From: Candidatus Moraniibacteriota bacterium
GTDB taxonomy: Bacteria; Patescibacteriota; Minisyncoccia; Moranbacterales; UBA1568
Assembly (NCBI GenBank): GCA_016182385.1
Contig: JACPGV010000002.1
Coordinates: 125,190-189,189 of the forward strand
Length of the DNA: 64,000 nt
Direction: 5' to 3'
Under the pieces are notes generated by a model. That model was not told where the DNA came from, did not search any database, and saw nothing but the letters and a program-made list of their open reading frames with translations. Each line of letters opens with the position of its first letter. The stretch's first letter is position 1. Both the position numbers and the translations under genes were made by a program. Positions 1 to 9,754 of the stretch are shown here, one piece after another.

Positions 1-761
1 AAAACGCGATGATGCTTGCCGCCGGCTGTCCGGGGAAAACCATTATTCGAGTAGCCGCCGCCGAACCACACGTGGAAGATTTGGGGCGGTTTCTTGTCGC
101 GATGGGCGCTCGCATCAAGGGATTGGGGACACATACACTGGAAATTATCGGATCAAGAAAATTACGTGGAGCGAAACACACAATTATTCCTGATGCCAAT
201 GAAGCGGCAACATTTCTTATTCTTGGAGTAGCTACCGGAAGTCCGCTTACCGTTAAAAACGCTCGAGCAGAACATATGGATATTGTTTTGGAAAAACTGC
301 GAGAGTTTGGAGCGGATTTTAAGGTAGGAAAAAACGTGATAACTGTCATACCGGCAAAACGATTGAAAGCGGTAGGGAAAATCGATACGCGTACGTATCC
401 CGGATTGCCGACGGATGTGCAGGCTCCGTTTGGGGTGCTCGCGACTCAGGCGCTTGGTGAGACGCTGGTATTTGATACGATTTTTGAAGGAAGATTTAAC
501 TACGTGTCGGAGCTTGAAAAAATGGGCGCCAAATCGATTGTACTTAATCCCCATCAGGTGGTTCTGTATGGGAAAACGCCACTTCGAGGAACAATTATCA
601 AGAGTTATGATCTTCGGGCCGGTGCGGCACTTATTATCGCGGCGCTTGTGGCCAAGGGAAAAACGATTATTGAGGACATCTACCAAGTAGACCGCGGATA
701 TGAGAGAATAGAAGAGCGGTTACAGAAAATTGGCGCACGTATACGCCGTATCAATATCTGA
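1..761 (+). CDS. murA: UDP-N-acetylglucosamine 1-carboxyvinyltransferase, 5'-truncated by window edge
   Basis: AAEPHVEDL, YPGLPTDVQAP, DLRAGAALIIAAL and DRGYERIEERLQKIGA are MurA C-terminal motifs. Confidence 0.95.
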   Translation, partial: NAMMLAAGCPGKTIIRVAAAEPHVEDLGRFLVAMGARIKGLGTHTLEIIGSRKLRGAKHTIIPDANEAATFLILGVATGSPLTVKNARAEHMDIVLEKLREFGADFKVGKNVITVIPAKRLKAVGKIDTRTYPGLPTDVQAPFGVLATQALGETLVFDTIFEGRFNYVSELEKMGAKSIVLNPHQVVLYGKTPLRGTIIKSYDLRAGAALIIAALVAKGKTIIEDIYQVDRGYERIEERLQKIGARIRRINI

Positions 762-835
762 AAATACTGCGAATGCGCCTGATGATGATTACGCAAAAAA
801 TCGCATACTTGTAAAATCCGTAATGCCGATGTGTT

Positions 836-1852
836 ATGAAGCCCGTATTTTTGAGAAAAATAGGCATTGATCTTGGAACGGCGAATACCTTGGTGTTTAT
901 TCCCGGTCAAGGAGTTGTTATCAATGAGCCATCCGTGGTGGCTATTTCTCTTTTGGAAAATAAAGTATTGGCAGTTGGGAATGAAGCGAAGGAAATGTTG
1001 GGACGCACGCCTGATACGATTGTCGCCAGTCAACCATTGAAAGATGGGGCTATCGCGGATTATCGTATTACGGAGGCAATGTTGAAATATTTTATTAATC
1101 GTGTGAGCGGACGAGTGCGTTTTTTTCGTCCGGAAGTTGTTCTTTCTATTCCTGCGGGCATTACGTCAACAGAACGTCGTGCGGTGATTGATGCGGCGCT
1201 CAAAGCGGGAGCGAAGGCCGCGTATGTCGTGAAAGAGCCTATTCTTGCCGCGATTGGTGCCGGTATTCCCATTCATACGGCACAAGGTAACATGATCATC
1301 AATATTGGTGGTGGCACATCGGAAATCGCCATTATTTCTCTTGGTGGTGTGGTGGCGGCGCACAGTGCCCGTGTGGGAGGCAACCGTATCGATCAGGCTA
1401 TTTCCGATTATATTAAACGCAAGTATAGTTTGGCGATTGGTGATCGAACGGCGGAGGAAATAAAAATGAAAATCGGTTCGGCGATCGCTCAGGTCAAGGA
1501 AGAACACATGGAGGTGCGCGGGCGTGATCTTATGGGTGGTTTGCCGAAGACTATTCCCATTTCTTCCAACGAAGTGACGGAGGCTATTCAAGATGAATTG
1601 CGTGAAATTATCAATGTCATCAAACAGGTGCTTCAGGAAACACCACCGGAGCTGGCGGCGGATATTATGGATAAAGGCATGGTGCTCTCCGGAGGGACGG
1701 CTCAGCTAAAATATCTTGATCAGCTTATTTCCAAAACAATCAACGTGCCGTGTTATGTGGCGGACGACCCGGCATTTTGTGTCGTGAAGGGGACCGGTAT
1801 CGTGCTTGAGAATCTTGATATTTATAAGAGAAGCATTATGCTCGCCAAGTAA
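836..1852 (+). CDS. mreB: Rod shape-determining actin-like ATPase
   Basis: IGIDLGTANTLV, EPSVVA, ITSTERRAV, IGGGTSE, GMVLSGG motifs. Confidence 0.96.
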   Translation: MKPVFLRKIGIDLGTANTLVFIPGQGVVINEPSVVAISLLENKVLAVGNEAKEMLGRTPDTIVASQPLKDGAIADYRITEAMLKYFINRVSGRVRFFRPEVVLSIPAGITSTERRAVIDAALKAGAKAAYVVKEPILAAIGAGIPIHTAQGNMIINIGGGTSEIAIISLGGVVAAHSARVGGNRIDQAISDYIKRKYSLAIGDRTAEEIKMKIGSAIAQVKEEHMEVRGRDLMGGLPKTIPISSNEVTEAIQDELREIINVIKQVLQETPPELAADIMDKGMVLSGGTAQLKYLDQLISKTINVPCYVADDPAFCVVKGTGIVLENLDIYKRSIMLAK

Positions 1853-1905
1853 TCAATGAAAAAACAGGAGACGGAAAAGAATTTCGTCGATCGTTGTGAT
1901 GTCGT

Positions 1906-2982
1906 ATGTTGATCGGTATTGATGCCTCTCGAGCATTTTTGAAAAAACGAACGGGTATTGAGGAATATGCTTATCAGGTCATACGTCATTTACGTTTTCA
2001 ACTTCCAGAAGATGTTTGTGTGGTTTTGTATATTCGATCCGATCAGGACGTGACGTTTGATCTTCCAAAACAGTGGAGAGTGAAAAAAATGTGGGCGCCA
2101 CGATTGTGGACTCAGGCACGATTGTCTCTGGAGATGTTTTTTCATCGACCGGATATCCTCTTTGTGCCGGCACATACGGTACCGATTATTCATCCCCAAA
2201 AAACAATCGTGACTATTCATGGTCTTGAATATGAATTTTGTAAAGAAGCGTATTCGTTGTGGGAACGATGGTATATGCGACTTTCCATTTGGTTTTCGTG
2301 CCGTGCCGCCGAAATGGTTGTTTGTGTTTCGGAAAACACGAAACAAGATGTCATGAGATTGTATAATGTGGCGGAGAAAAAAATACAAGTGATCCACGAG
2401 GGTTTTGAAGAACATGGGATTATGAATCAGTCAGGCACCCTATCAACGGATATACCATACTTTTTATTTATTGGTAGATTGGAGGAACGGAAAAATATCG
2501 TGCGTGTCATTGAGGCATTTGAAACATTGAAAGAGCGATATCGGATTCCGCAAAAACTTCTGCTTGTCGGAAAACCGGGATATGGATATGAAAGAATAAA
2601 AAAGAAAATTACGGAAAGCAAGTATCAAGATATGATTGTGGAAAAAGGATATGTGAGCGAAGAAGAAAAATGGAATCTTCTGAAGAATGCCGATATTTTT
2701 CTTTTTCCGACACTTTATGAGGGATTTGGTATACCGGTACTTGAAGCACAAAGTATGAGAATACCGGTAGTGACGTCAAAGGTTTCTTCGCTTCCCGAAA
2801 TATCCGGAGAAGGAGCGATATTGGTGGATCCGGGCGATGTGGAGAGTATAGTCGAAGGAACGCACAGGCTTTTTTCTGATCAAGGCATTCGAGATGATAT
2901 AATAGAAAAAGGAGTAGATAATGTACATCGTTTTGGCTGGAAACGATGCGCTCGTGATCTTGCTGTTTTTTTCTCTCAGTAG
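1906..2982 (+). CDS. Glycosyltransferase family 4 (GT-B)
   Basis: IGIDAS...TGIEEY start, GRLEERKN, FPTLYEGFGIPVLEA. Confidence 0.92.
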   Translation: MLIGIDASRAFLKKRTGIEEYAYQVIRHLRFQLPEDVCVVLYIRSDQDVTFDLPKQWRVKKMWAPRLWTQARLSLEMFFHRPDILFVPAHTVPIIHPQKTIVTIHGLEYEFCKEAYSLWERWYMRLSIWFSCRAAEMVVCVSENTKQDVMRLYNVAEKKIQVIHEGFEEHGIMNQSGTLSTDIPYFLFIGRLEERKNIVRVIEAFETLKERYRIPQKLLLVGKPGYGYERIKKKITESKYQDMIVEKGYVSEEEKWNLLKNADIFLFPTLYEGFGIPVLEAQSMRIPVVTSKVSSLPEISGEGAILVDPGDVESIVEGTHRLFSDQGIRDDIIEKGVDNVHRFGWKRCARDLAVFFSQ

Positions 2983-3018
2983 TAAGCGTGGTCTGATAGA
3001 TTGAAGATGACTGTAAAT

Positions 3019-4146
3019 ATGAATAAGCATCGACAAAAAAAAATAGCGCTCGTCCATGACTTTCTCGTTTCCTACGGCGGAGCGGAGCGGGTATTTCAGG
3101 TGATGGCGGAGATGTTTCCCGACGCGCCAATCTATACGCTTCTTGCGGACCAGGAGATTGTTACGCGATATTTTCCCGGTCGTGAGGTGCGTGTTTCGTG
3201 GCTTTGTCGTCTGCCGAAATTTCTCAAAAAACGATATCGTTTTTTTCTCCCATTTTTTCCGGCGGCGGTGGAAGCGTTTGATTTGCGTGATTTTGACTTG
3301 GTTCTTTCTTCGTCCGGAGCGTGGGGAAAGGGGATTGTCACGCGTCTTGATACGACACATATCGCTTATCTTCATTCGCCGATGCGATACGCGTGGGATT
3401 ATCACGAACAATATCTCGCTGAGATCGCTTCTCGGTCAGGGAAGAAGAAACCCGGTATATTCACGCGGCTTCTTCTTTCCTACATGCGTTTGTGGGATAG
3501 GCAAGCGGCGGAGCGCCCGGATATTCTTTTGGCAAACTCTCAATACACACAGGCGCGCATAGAAAAATATTATCGTCGGAAAAGTACGGTTCTTTATCCG
3601 CCAGTGACGCTTTCTCGTTCTTTTTCTGCTTTTGCTAAGGAAGTGTCGCGTGGCGATTATTTTCTTTTGGTGTCGCGGTTGACTCGTTCCAAAAAGGTGG
3701 ATGTGGCCATCGAGGCTTTTAACAAACTTGGCATATCTCTCGTGATTGTGGGGAGCGGAAGGGAAGAGAATTGTTTGCGCGAACAGGCGAGAAAGAATAT
3801 TACTTTTATGGGATTTGTTGATGATGAAAAATTGGCCACATTGTATGCCGGGGCGCGCGCGCTTATTTTTCCTTCTGAAGAAGATTTTGGGATGACAGCA
3901 GTAGAAGCGCTTTCTTTTGGTACGCCGGTCATTGCTTTTGATTATGGCGGCGTGAGAGAGATTGTTGAAATCGGAAAAACAGGAGAGACATTTCACGCGC
4001 AAACGCCTGAGGTATTAGCGGAGGGCGTGCGCCGATTTTTACAGCGGGAGGGGACATATGATGAGTCAATGATGAAGCAGAGCGCGAAACGATTTAGTCA
4101 GGAGCGGTTTCAGACAGAACTTGGGAAATTGATTCAAGAATTTTAG
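3019..4146 (+). CDS. Glycosyltransferase family 4 (GT-B)
   Basis: KIALVHDFLVSYGGAERV, HSPMRYAWD, EEDFGMTAVEA; ATG at 3019 preferred over TTG at 3001. Confidence 0.92.
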   Translation: MNKHRQKKIALVHDFLVSYGGAERVFQVMAEMFPDAPIYTLLADQEIVTRYFPGREVRVSWLCRLPKFLKKRYRFFLPFFPAAVEAFDLRDFDLVLSSSGAWGKGIVTRLDTTHIAYLHSPMRYAWDYHEQYLAEIASRSGKKKPGIFTRLLLSYMRLWDRQAAERPDILLANSQYTQARIEKYYRRKSTVLYPPVTLSRSFSAFAKEVSRGDYFLLVSRLTRSKKVDVAIEAFNKLGISLVIVGSGREENCLREQARKNITFMGFVDDEKLATLYAGARALIFPSEEDFGMTAVEALSFGTPVIAFDYGGVREIVEIGKTGETFHAQTPEVLAEGVRRFLQREGTYDESMMKQSAKRFSQERFQTELGKLIQEF

Positions 4147-4196
4147 GAAAAGAAGAGTAATTTTGTGTTTGTGAAAAATTCGTACGCTAAGAAAAT

Positions 4197-5090
4197 ATGA
4201 TACATATTATCGGTCATAAAAAAGAACGAGAGCGATTGCGATGGGCAAGAGAGAGGAATTGTGTTGCACAGAGTTATATTTTTTTTGGACCGCAGGGTAT
4301 TGGAAAAAGTTTGTGCGCGTTAGAATTTTCTTGCGCGCTTGTCGGGGAGCCTTTTTTTACGCCGAGTGATGATCAACCGACGCCACTTGATGTTTTGGTG
4401 ATGCGGCCACGAGAGGAAGAAAAGCGTGGCGTCATCAAGGTGAAAAATATTGCCGCGGAAGATGTTCGGGAGGCGCTGCGATTTCTTTCTTGTTATCCGG
4501 CATCTGGAAAATATCGGGTTGTTATTATTGAAGAGGCACACAAGCTTTCCCTTTCGGCTCAAAATGTTCTTTTGAAAACTTTGGAAGAGCCCAATCCGTC
4601 GGCGGTCATTATTTTAGTGACGCATGAAAAAGGAACGCTGGGAGAGACGATTCTTTCGCGAACGCAGAATATGCGTTTTGATTTTGTTTCGGAAGAAGAA
4701 ATGATGGCTACTATTGATCAGAACGGACAAGACATCGCCCCATTCTTTTTTTCTCTTGGCCGGCCGGGAATGATTTTTCGAGCGCTTCATTTTCCTCAGG
4801 AATTTATTCGTGAAAAGGAGGCTTTGACGCGTCTTTTCAAACTTTCTTCACTTCCTCTCGTCGAGCGAATGAAACTTGCTGAAGAATTAGGAAAGAATAT
4901 TCCGCAAGCTGTCCGTCTTTTGGAATGGTGGTTACCTGGTCTTCATGCGCAGGCACTCCGTGATACCGACACGTGGCGGACCGCTCGTTTTTTTGTTCTT
5001 CTTGAGTTAACGGAAACAACTCTTCGTTTACTCAAAACGACTCAAGCGAATGGAAGGCTTCTTTTGGAAAAACTTTTTTTTTCGGTATAA
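4197..5090 (+). CDS. holB: DNA polymerase III delta-prime subunit-like AAA+ protein
   Basis: IIGH start, GPQGIGKS Walker A, AQNVLLKTLEEP, TILSR (SRC-like). Confidence 0.85.
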   Translation: MIHIIGHKKERERLRWARERNCVAQSYIFFGPQGIGKSLCALEFSCALVGEPFFTPSDDQPTPLDVLVMRPREEEKRGVIKVKNIAAEDVREALRFLSCYPASGKYRVVIIEEAHKLSLSAQNVLLKTLEEPNPSAVIILVTHEKGTLGETILSRTQNMRFDFVSEEEMMATIDQNGQDIAPFFFSLGRPGMIFRALHFPQEFIREKEALTRLFKLSSLPLVERMKLAEELGKNIPQAVRLLEWWLPGLHAQALRDTDTWRTARFFVLLELTETTLRLLKTTQANGRLLLEKLFFSV

Positions 5091-5096
5091 AACGTT

Positions 5097-6053
5097 ATGT
5101 GGTTTTTTGAAAAAACAACAAGAAAACAATCAGCGGCGCGTTTTTTGCGAAAAGCTCCTTTGGAACGAAAAGAGCGTCGCATCGTTGTAGAGACAAAAAA
5201 GCCTTTTTTCTCTTTGGGGATGGTGGTTCTCTGGGGAGTATTTACGGCAACAGTGATCTATAGCCTTCTTTTTTCTTCTTTTTTGGTTATTACGAAGAAA
5301 ACGACAGATGGCGTTGAAAAATTATCAATTGAAGAAGTGGAGAGGGTCGTCGATGAAGAGCTTTCTGGTAAACAAGGATATGTGTTTTTTAAGAAAAATT
5401 TTATTCTCTTTGATTCACAACGACTGGAAGAACGGTTGATCGCGGAATTCCCACTTATTCGTACGGCACGGGTAGTGAAAACATTTCCTGATACTTTGCG
5501 TATTGTTATTGAAGAGCGAGAGAAAATCTTTTTGTGGTGTTCTCAAGAGCAGTGTTTTGTGATTGATGAACAAGGAAAAGCGCGTGATGGTGAAAAGACA
5601 TCGGATGTTCGTTATGAACCTTTTATTTTATCAGTAACGGATCTGAGTGCTCGGCCGATCACTATTGGCAAGGAAGCGGTAGCCTCTGATTATGTGCGAT
5701 TCGTGCGCGATTTTTTTGTTCTTTTTCCTCAAGAGACGGGTATTTTTTTAGAGTCTCATTGTACGACCAGTTCTCGTTTTGCTGACGAAGTACGCATAAA
5801 AACAAAAGAAGGTTGGAGTGTCTACGTTCGTACCAAAGGTGCCGTTACGGATGCTCTGGCGGTTATTCAGGTTTTATTGGAAAAAGAGTTACCGGCCGAA
5901 AAGCGAGAACGACTGGAATATATTGATGCTCGCGTAGAAAACCGTTTGTATTATGTGCTACGTGATGAAGGGGGCGAAGAAGAAAAGATTATGCCCGAAA
6001 TAGCGGAAACGTCTTCCGAGGAAAAGAGCGCGTCAAAGAAGAAAAAGAAGTAA
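5097..6053 (+). CDS. FtsQ/DivIB-like cell division protein (TM + POTRA)
   Basis: Single N-terminal TM, FPDTLRIVIEER POTRA end, EYIDAR C-terminal motif. Confidence 0.75.
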   Translation: MWFFEKTTRKQSAARFLRKAPLERKERRIVVETKKPFFSLGMVVLWGVFTATVIYSLLFSSFLVITKKTTDGVEKLSIEEVERVVDEELSGKQGYVFFKKNFILFDSQRLEERLIAEFPLIRTARVVKTFPDTLRIVIEEREKIFLWCSQEQCFVIDEQGKARDGEKTSDVRYEPFILSVTDLSARPITIGKEAVASDYVRFVRDFFVLFPQETGIFLESHCTTSSRFADEVRIKTKEGWSVYVRTKGAVTDALAVIQVLLEKELPAEKRERLEYIDARVENRLYYVLRDEGGEEEKIMPEIAETSSEEKSASKKKKK

Positions 6054-6103
6054 CGAAAAATGTAGCAAGAAGCAGGGGGTAAGTAGTAAGAAGAGGGATC
6101 GGT

Positions 6104-6134
6104 ATAAAAAAAGAGGTGGAAGCCTCTTTTTTTA
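6104..6134. terminator. Bidirectional intrinsic terminator
   Basis: aaaaaaagagg-tggaag-cctcttttttt between convergent genes. Confidence 0.75.
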
Positions 6135-6135
6135 C

Positions 6136-8031
6136 TTACCACTTCGTTTCGGGAATATAGTAGATGAAAATAGAATCTCCGGCGCGCGTTACCGGTTCGA
6201 TGTTTTTGAGCCATTCGTAATTTCTTTCGTGAGCGGGGCGTTTTTTATAGAGACTCTCTTGATAGAAGAATGATGAAATGGCATACCAGCCAGCCTCCGG
6301 CTCGCGTTTATCCCACCAAGAAACATAGGTATCACCGAGATAATATTCTGGCCTCGCGCCGCCGAAATAATCGGTGCGTATGATATCAATAGGGGGAAGA
6401 TTTTTTGTTGTATCGCAAAAACGTGTTTCTTGGATAGTGAAAGAACCATTTTTGCAACGGTTATGTTGCTTTACGAAGGCGCCAAGGTTTTTGAGATCTT
6501 GTCCCCAGTCATAGTTTGAATCGGTAACGAATCGATAGCCTTGTAAATGGCCGCCGGCCGCGATATTGAAATAGGAAAGATAGTGAGGGTAAGCGAGAAT
6601 ACCTATGGACACAATACAGAACGTTGTAATTCCAAGAAGAAAAGAAAAAACAGATGTTTGTGGAAAGAGGGTCGTCACTCGTTTGAAAAGATGAAAGAGG
6701 GCGATAGCCATAAGCATATAGAGGAAGGGGAGAATGGGAAAAAGATGGCGAAAGCCAATCGTTAAGTTTCCGGTAATGCTTATATAGCCGTAAAAAATGA
6801 TAAAGAACAAAGAGAGCGCTAAAGCGATATGTTCATGGAAGATTTGAGTAGCAAAGGAGAAGATGTTTTTTGACCAAGAGCGTCGTAGTGCCGATACGCC
6901 ACGAAAGAAAGCGAAGAAAGTGGTAAGGAGGAGAAGAAAAAGAAAAGGGAGAGTTTCTTTGAGTGTGAATACCACGGGAAAGTACCAGGGAGATGAAACA
7001 TCGGAGACAGCGCCAAGAAAATAGTGCGTATTACCACTGGCGACACGAGCAAATACCATGAAAACACCGAGAAAGTACTCGCTGAACGGTTTGAGGAAGG
7101 AGGAACCGCTTGTTGTGACGACAAAGGAGTGGGCAAACTGCGCAAAAAGATTTTTTTGTCCGAGAAAATGATCCGCCAGGGCGACTAGCTTTTCTCCCGG
7201 CATATTGAAAGTATTGAAAAAATACACGATCCAGATAAGGATAAAGCAGATGAGAATGCTTCCTAAGAATTTTCCACTATATTGAAGAAGGGACATCGTG
7301 AGGAAAGAAAGAGTGGTACGAGAATCCGTGAGGAGTTGTTTTTTGGTGAGAGCATACAGTATGACAAAAAGACCGAAAACAGGAAAAAGCAAAACAGCAG
7401 AAAATTTTGTCAATTGGGCGAGGCCGAGCAATACGCCGGAAAGAAGAATGTTTTTCGGCGAGGGATTTTTGAGAAAACGGACAAATCCGTAAAAAACAAA
7501 AAAAATGAACGCGGCGCTTCCGATATCGGTGGTGACATAATGATTGTGGGCGATGATATTGGGGTCGAAAGCGTACAGCATTGTCGCGAATAACCCGGCC
7601 AGTGTTCCTCCAAGCTCGCGTGTCCAGAAAAAAATAACTCCTCCCAGAATGAGGGAGATAATGACAATGGGAGCGCGCGACCAAAAAAGAATGGCGTCAG
7701 CGTCATTGCACAGGTGCTCGGGCCGAGCGCAATTGATGAAGAGATCGCCGATAGTCCACTGTTCGTTGATACCTGATTGCCATTCCGAAGAAGAAAGAGG
7801 AAAGGTGATATCAAGAAAAAGAAGGGGGAGTCCGGAAAGATCTTTGATGAGAGGCGGATGTTCGGGGTTGAGACGCATATCGCCATAGCGGACATAGCTG
7901 TAAGCCGCCGGAATGTGTGCTTTTTCATCAAAAATGGCTGATTCTTGCGCGGCCACTAAAAAAGAAAGTACTCCATGAACGAGGAGAAGGGCGGCGATAA
8001 TAACAAAAGCATTTTTTTTGATGCATTCCAT
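6136..8031 (-). CDS. GT-C (ArnT/PMT-like) membrane glycosyltransferase
   Basis: DEKAHIPAAYSY, NPEHPPLIK, many TM helices, DSNYDWGQD. Confidence 0.85.
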   Translation of the reverse strand: MECIKKNAFVIIAALLLVHGVLSFLVAAQESAIFDEKAHIPAAYSYVRYGDMRLNPEHPPLIKDLSGLPLLFLDITFPLSSSEWQSGINEQWTIGDLFINCARPEHLCNDADAILFWSRAPIVIISLILGGVIFFWTRELGGTLAGLFATMLYAFDPNIIAHNHYVTTDIGSAAFIFFVFYGFVRFLKNPSPKNILLSGVLLGLAQLTKFSAVLLFPVFGLFVILYALTKKQLLTDSRTTLSFLTMSLLQYSGKFLGSILICFILIWIVYFFNTFNMPGEKLVALADHFLGQKNLFAQFAHSFVVTTSGSSFLKPFSEYFLGVFMVFARVASGNTHYFLGAVSDVSSPWYFPVVFTLKETLPFLFLLLLTTFFAFFRGVSALRRSWSKNIFSFATQIFHEHIALALSLFFIIFYGYISITGNLTIGFRHLFPILPFLYMLMAIALFHLFKRVTTLFPQTSVFSFLLGITTFCIVSIGILAYPHYLSYFNIAAGGHLQGYRFVTDSNYDWGQDLKNLGAFVKQHNRCKNGSFTIQETRFCDTTKNLPPIDIIRTDYFGGARPEYYLGDTYVSWWDKREPEAGWYAISSFFYQESLYKKRPAHERNYEWLKNIEPVTRAGDSIFIYYIPETKW

Positions 8032-8040
8032 AGGGAAGAA

Positions 8041-9711
8041 TTAAGGATGATTTTTTATTGGTGGTAAAACGATGATATCGAAATCGCCCCCATTTCGTTC
8101 TGGTCCATTCATGTCAATATGTTTCGTGAAGGCATCGGGGTAGAAATTTTTGAATTGATCGGCGATAGTCTGATCATAATGAAGCATAAGAATAATACCC
8201 GGCTGGCGAAATTTTGTTTCTTGGTTGATAATTTCCAGATTAGCGACGCGTCCGTAGGTCAAAAAGTAGGTCGGATGCGCAAAAACGGGCAAATGAAATC
8301 GGTCGGTATTCCCGTTTTTATCGATGAGGAGATATTTGTGCGTTTCCGCGGGGAGTGTCAGTAAATAGCGCCCCATGTTGGTGTAGGTTTCATTGAAAGA
8401 GGCGGCCGCTTTCTCGCTTTTGGCAAAAAATACGAAATATTTTGTTAGGTTGAACAAAGCACTGGTTCCGAGGGCGATGGCAAGAAAGGAAAGAAAGATG
8501 ATGCGTGTTCCCCAAGGAGAGTGGAAGGCTTTTTTTACCATCCAAAAAGCGGCGAGACCAGCCAGAAGAAATACAGGTGTTTGGGTACCGATGGAGCGGA
8601 GCGCGTGAGGGAGGCCTTCATCGGTGAGAAACTCTGGTACAAGCATCGTAAAAAATATTCCTAAAAGAAAAACGTTGGTGACGAGCCGTGTGTCGCGATC
8701 TTTGTCTCGAAATCGTCGGCCGAAGAGTATTACGGTTTGCGAGACAATGAAAAGAAAGCCGGCGATGAAGAGCGCTCCCGTAATCGGATCCAAAATAGGG
8801 TAGGGAGGGTAGTTGTGTCGCCAGTTTTGATCACCAAAAAAATTGTATTTGATGAGCGATATGGAAAAGGTTTTGGCGAGTGTTCCCAAAAGATCGCCAT
8901 GATTGATTTGTGGAGAAAAAACAGAAATATGAGAAGAACGAGAAGCAAAATCGTCGGGGTGAGAGAGAAAAAAATGATAGAGCATTGGTGAAGCGGTCAG
9001 GAACGCGCCGAAAAGAAAAAGAGCGATATGTTTCCAAAAACGACTGAGGAAACATTCGTAAGAAAGCATGAGGACGGGTAGGAGGAGGATGAGAATAAGG
9101 GGCGCGACACGAAAAGCGATATAGGTGTGGAGACCAAGTCCGAATATGAGTCCGGCAAAAAGAAAATAAAGGGGTTTTTTGGTGCGTAAACCACGAAAAA
9201 GAAAATAGAAGGAAAAAGAAAGAAGAAACGTTGTCATGATCGCGCGGAAACCGATACGTGAAAAATTGATGGCCCAGTAAGAAGTGGCAAGCATGAACGC
9301 CGCCAGAAGCCCTACGCCACGCCGGTGAAAGAGCTCTTTACCAAGGAGATAGATTCCTAAAACCGAAAGGGTACCAAATATTGCCGACCAAAGCTTGAGG
9401 CCGAGAATGGTGTTGCCAAAGAAAGCGATGGAGAGTGCTTGGAGATTGATAAAAAAGCCCTCCCGACCGAAATTAGCCGGATAAAAAAGTTCAAACGTTT
9501 TGGTTTCCAGAGCATGAATGGCATCGACGCCGTTGGCCGCCTCATCAGGATAGATGCCTGCCGGGATATGTTCGATATCGTAGAGGCGAATAAAAAAAGC
9601 AAAAATAAGCAAAGCGACGAGAGAGATGATGGTACTGAGGCGGATTCTTTTCGAAGGAGAGAGAACACTCATATTATTTTTTTGTATCATTTCTTTTTTT
9701 GTTGGAAACAT
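8041..9711 (-). CDS. GT-C (ArnT/PMT-like) membrane glycosyltransferase
   Basis: PAGIYPDEAANG (DE motif in first loop), WAINFSRIGFR, multi-TM. Confidence 0.85.
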   Translation of the reverse strand: MFPTKKEMIQKNNMSVLSPSKRIRLSTIISLVALLIFAFFIRLYDIEHIPAGIYPDEAANGVDAIHALETKTFELFYPANFGREGFFINLQALSIAFFGNTILGLKLWSAIFGTLSVLGIYLLGKELFHRRGVGLLAAFMLATSYWAINFSRIGFRAIMTTFLLSFSFYFLFRGLRTKKPLYFLFAGLIFGLGLHTYIAFRVAPLILILLLPVLMLSYECFLSRFWKHIALFLFGAFLTASPMLYHFFLSHPDDFASRSSHISVFSPQINHGDLLGTLAKTFSISLIKYNFFGDQNWRHNYPPYPILDPITGALFIAGFLFIVSQTVILFGRRFRDKDRDTRLVTNVFLLGIFFTMLVPEFLTDEGLPHALRSIGTQTPVFLLAGLAAFWMVKKAFHSPWGTRIIFLSFLAIALGTSALFNLTKYFVFFAKSEKAAASFNETYTNMGRYLLTLPAETHKYLLIDKNGNTDRFHLPVFAHPTYFLTYGRVANLEIINQETKFRQPGIILMLHYDQTIADQFKNFYPDAFTKHIDMNGPERNGGDFDIIVLPPIKNHP

Positions 9712-9754
9712 GCTAAAATTATAGCAAAATTGTTATCAAAAAGAAAATAAAATA

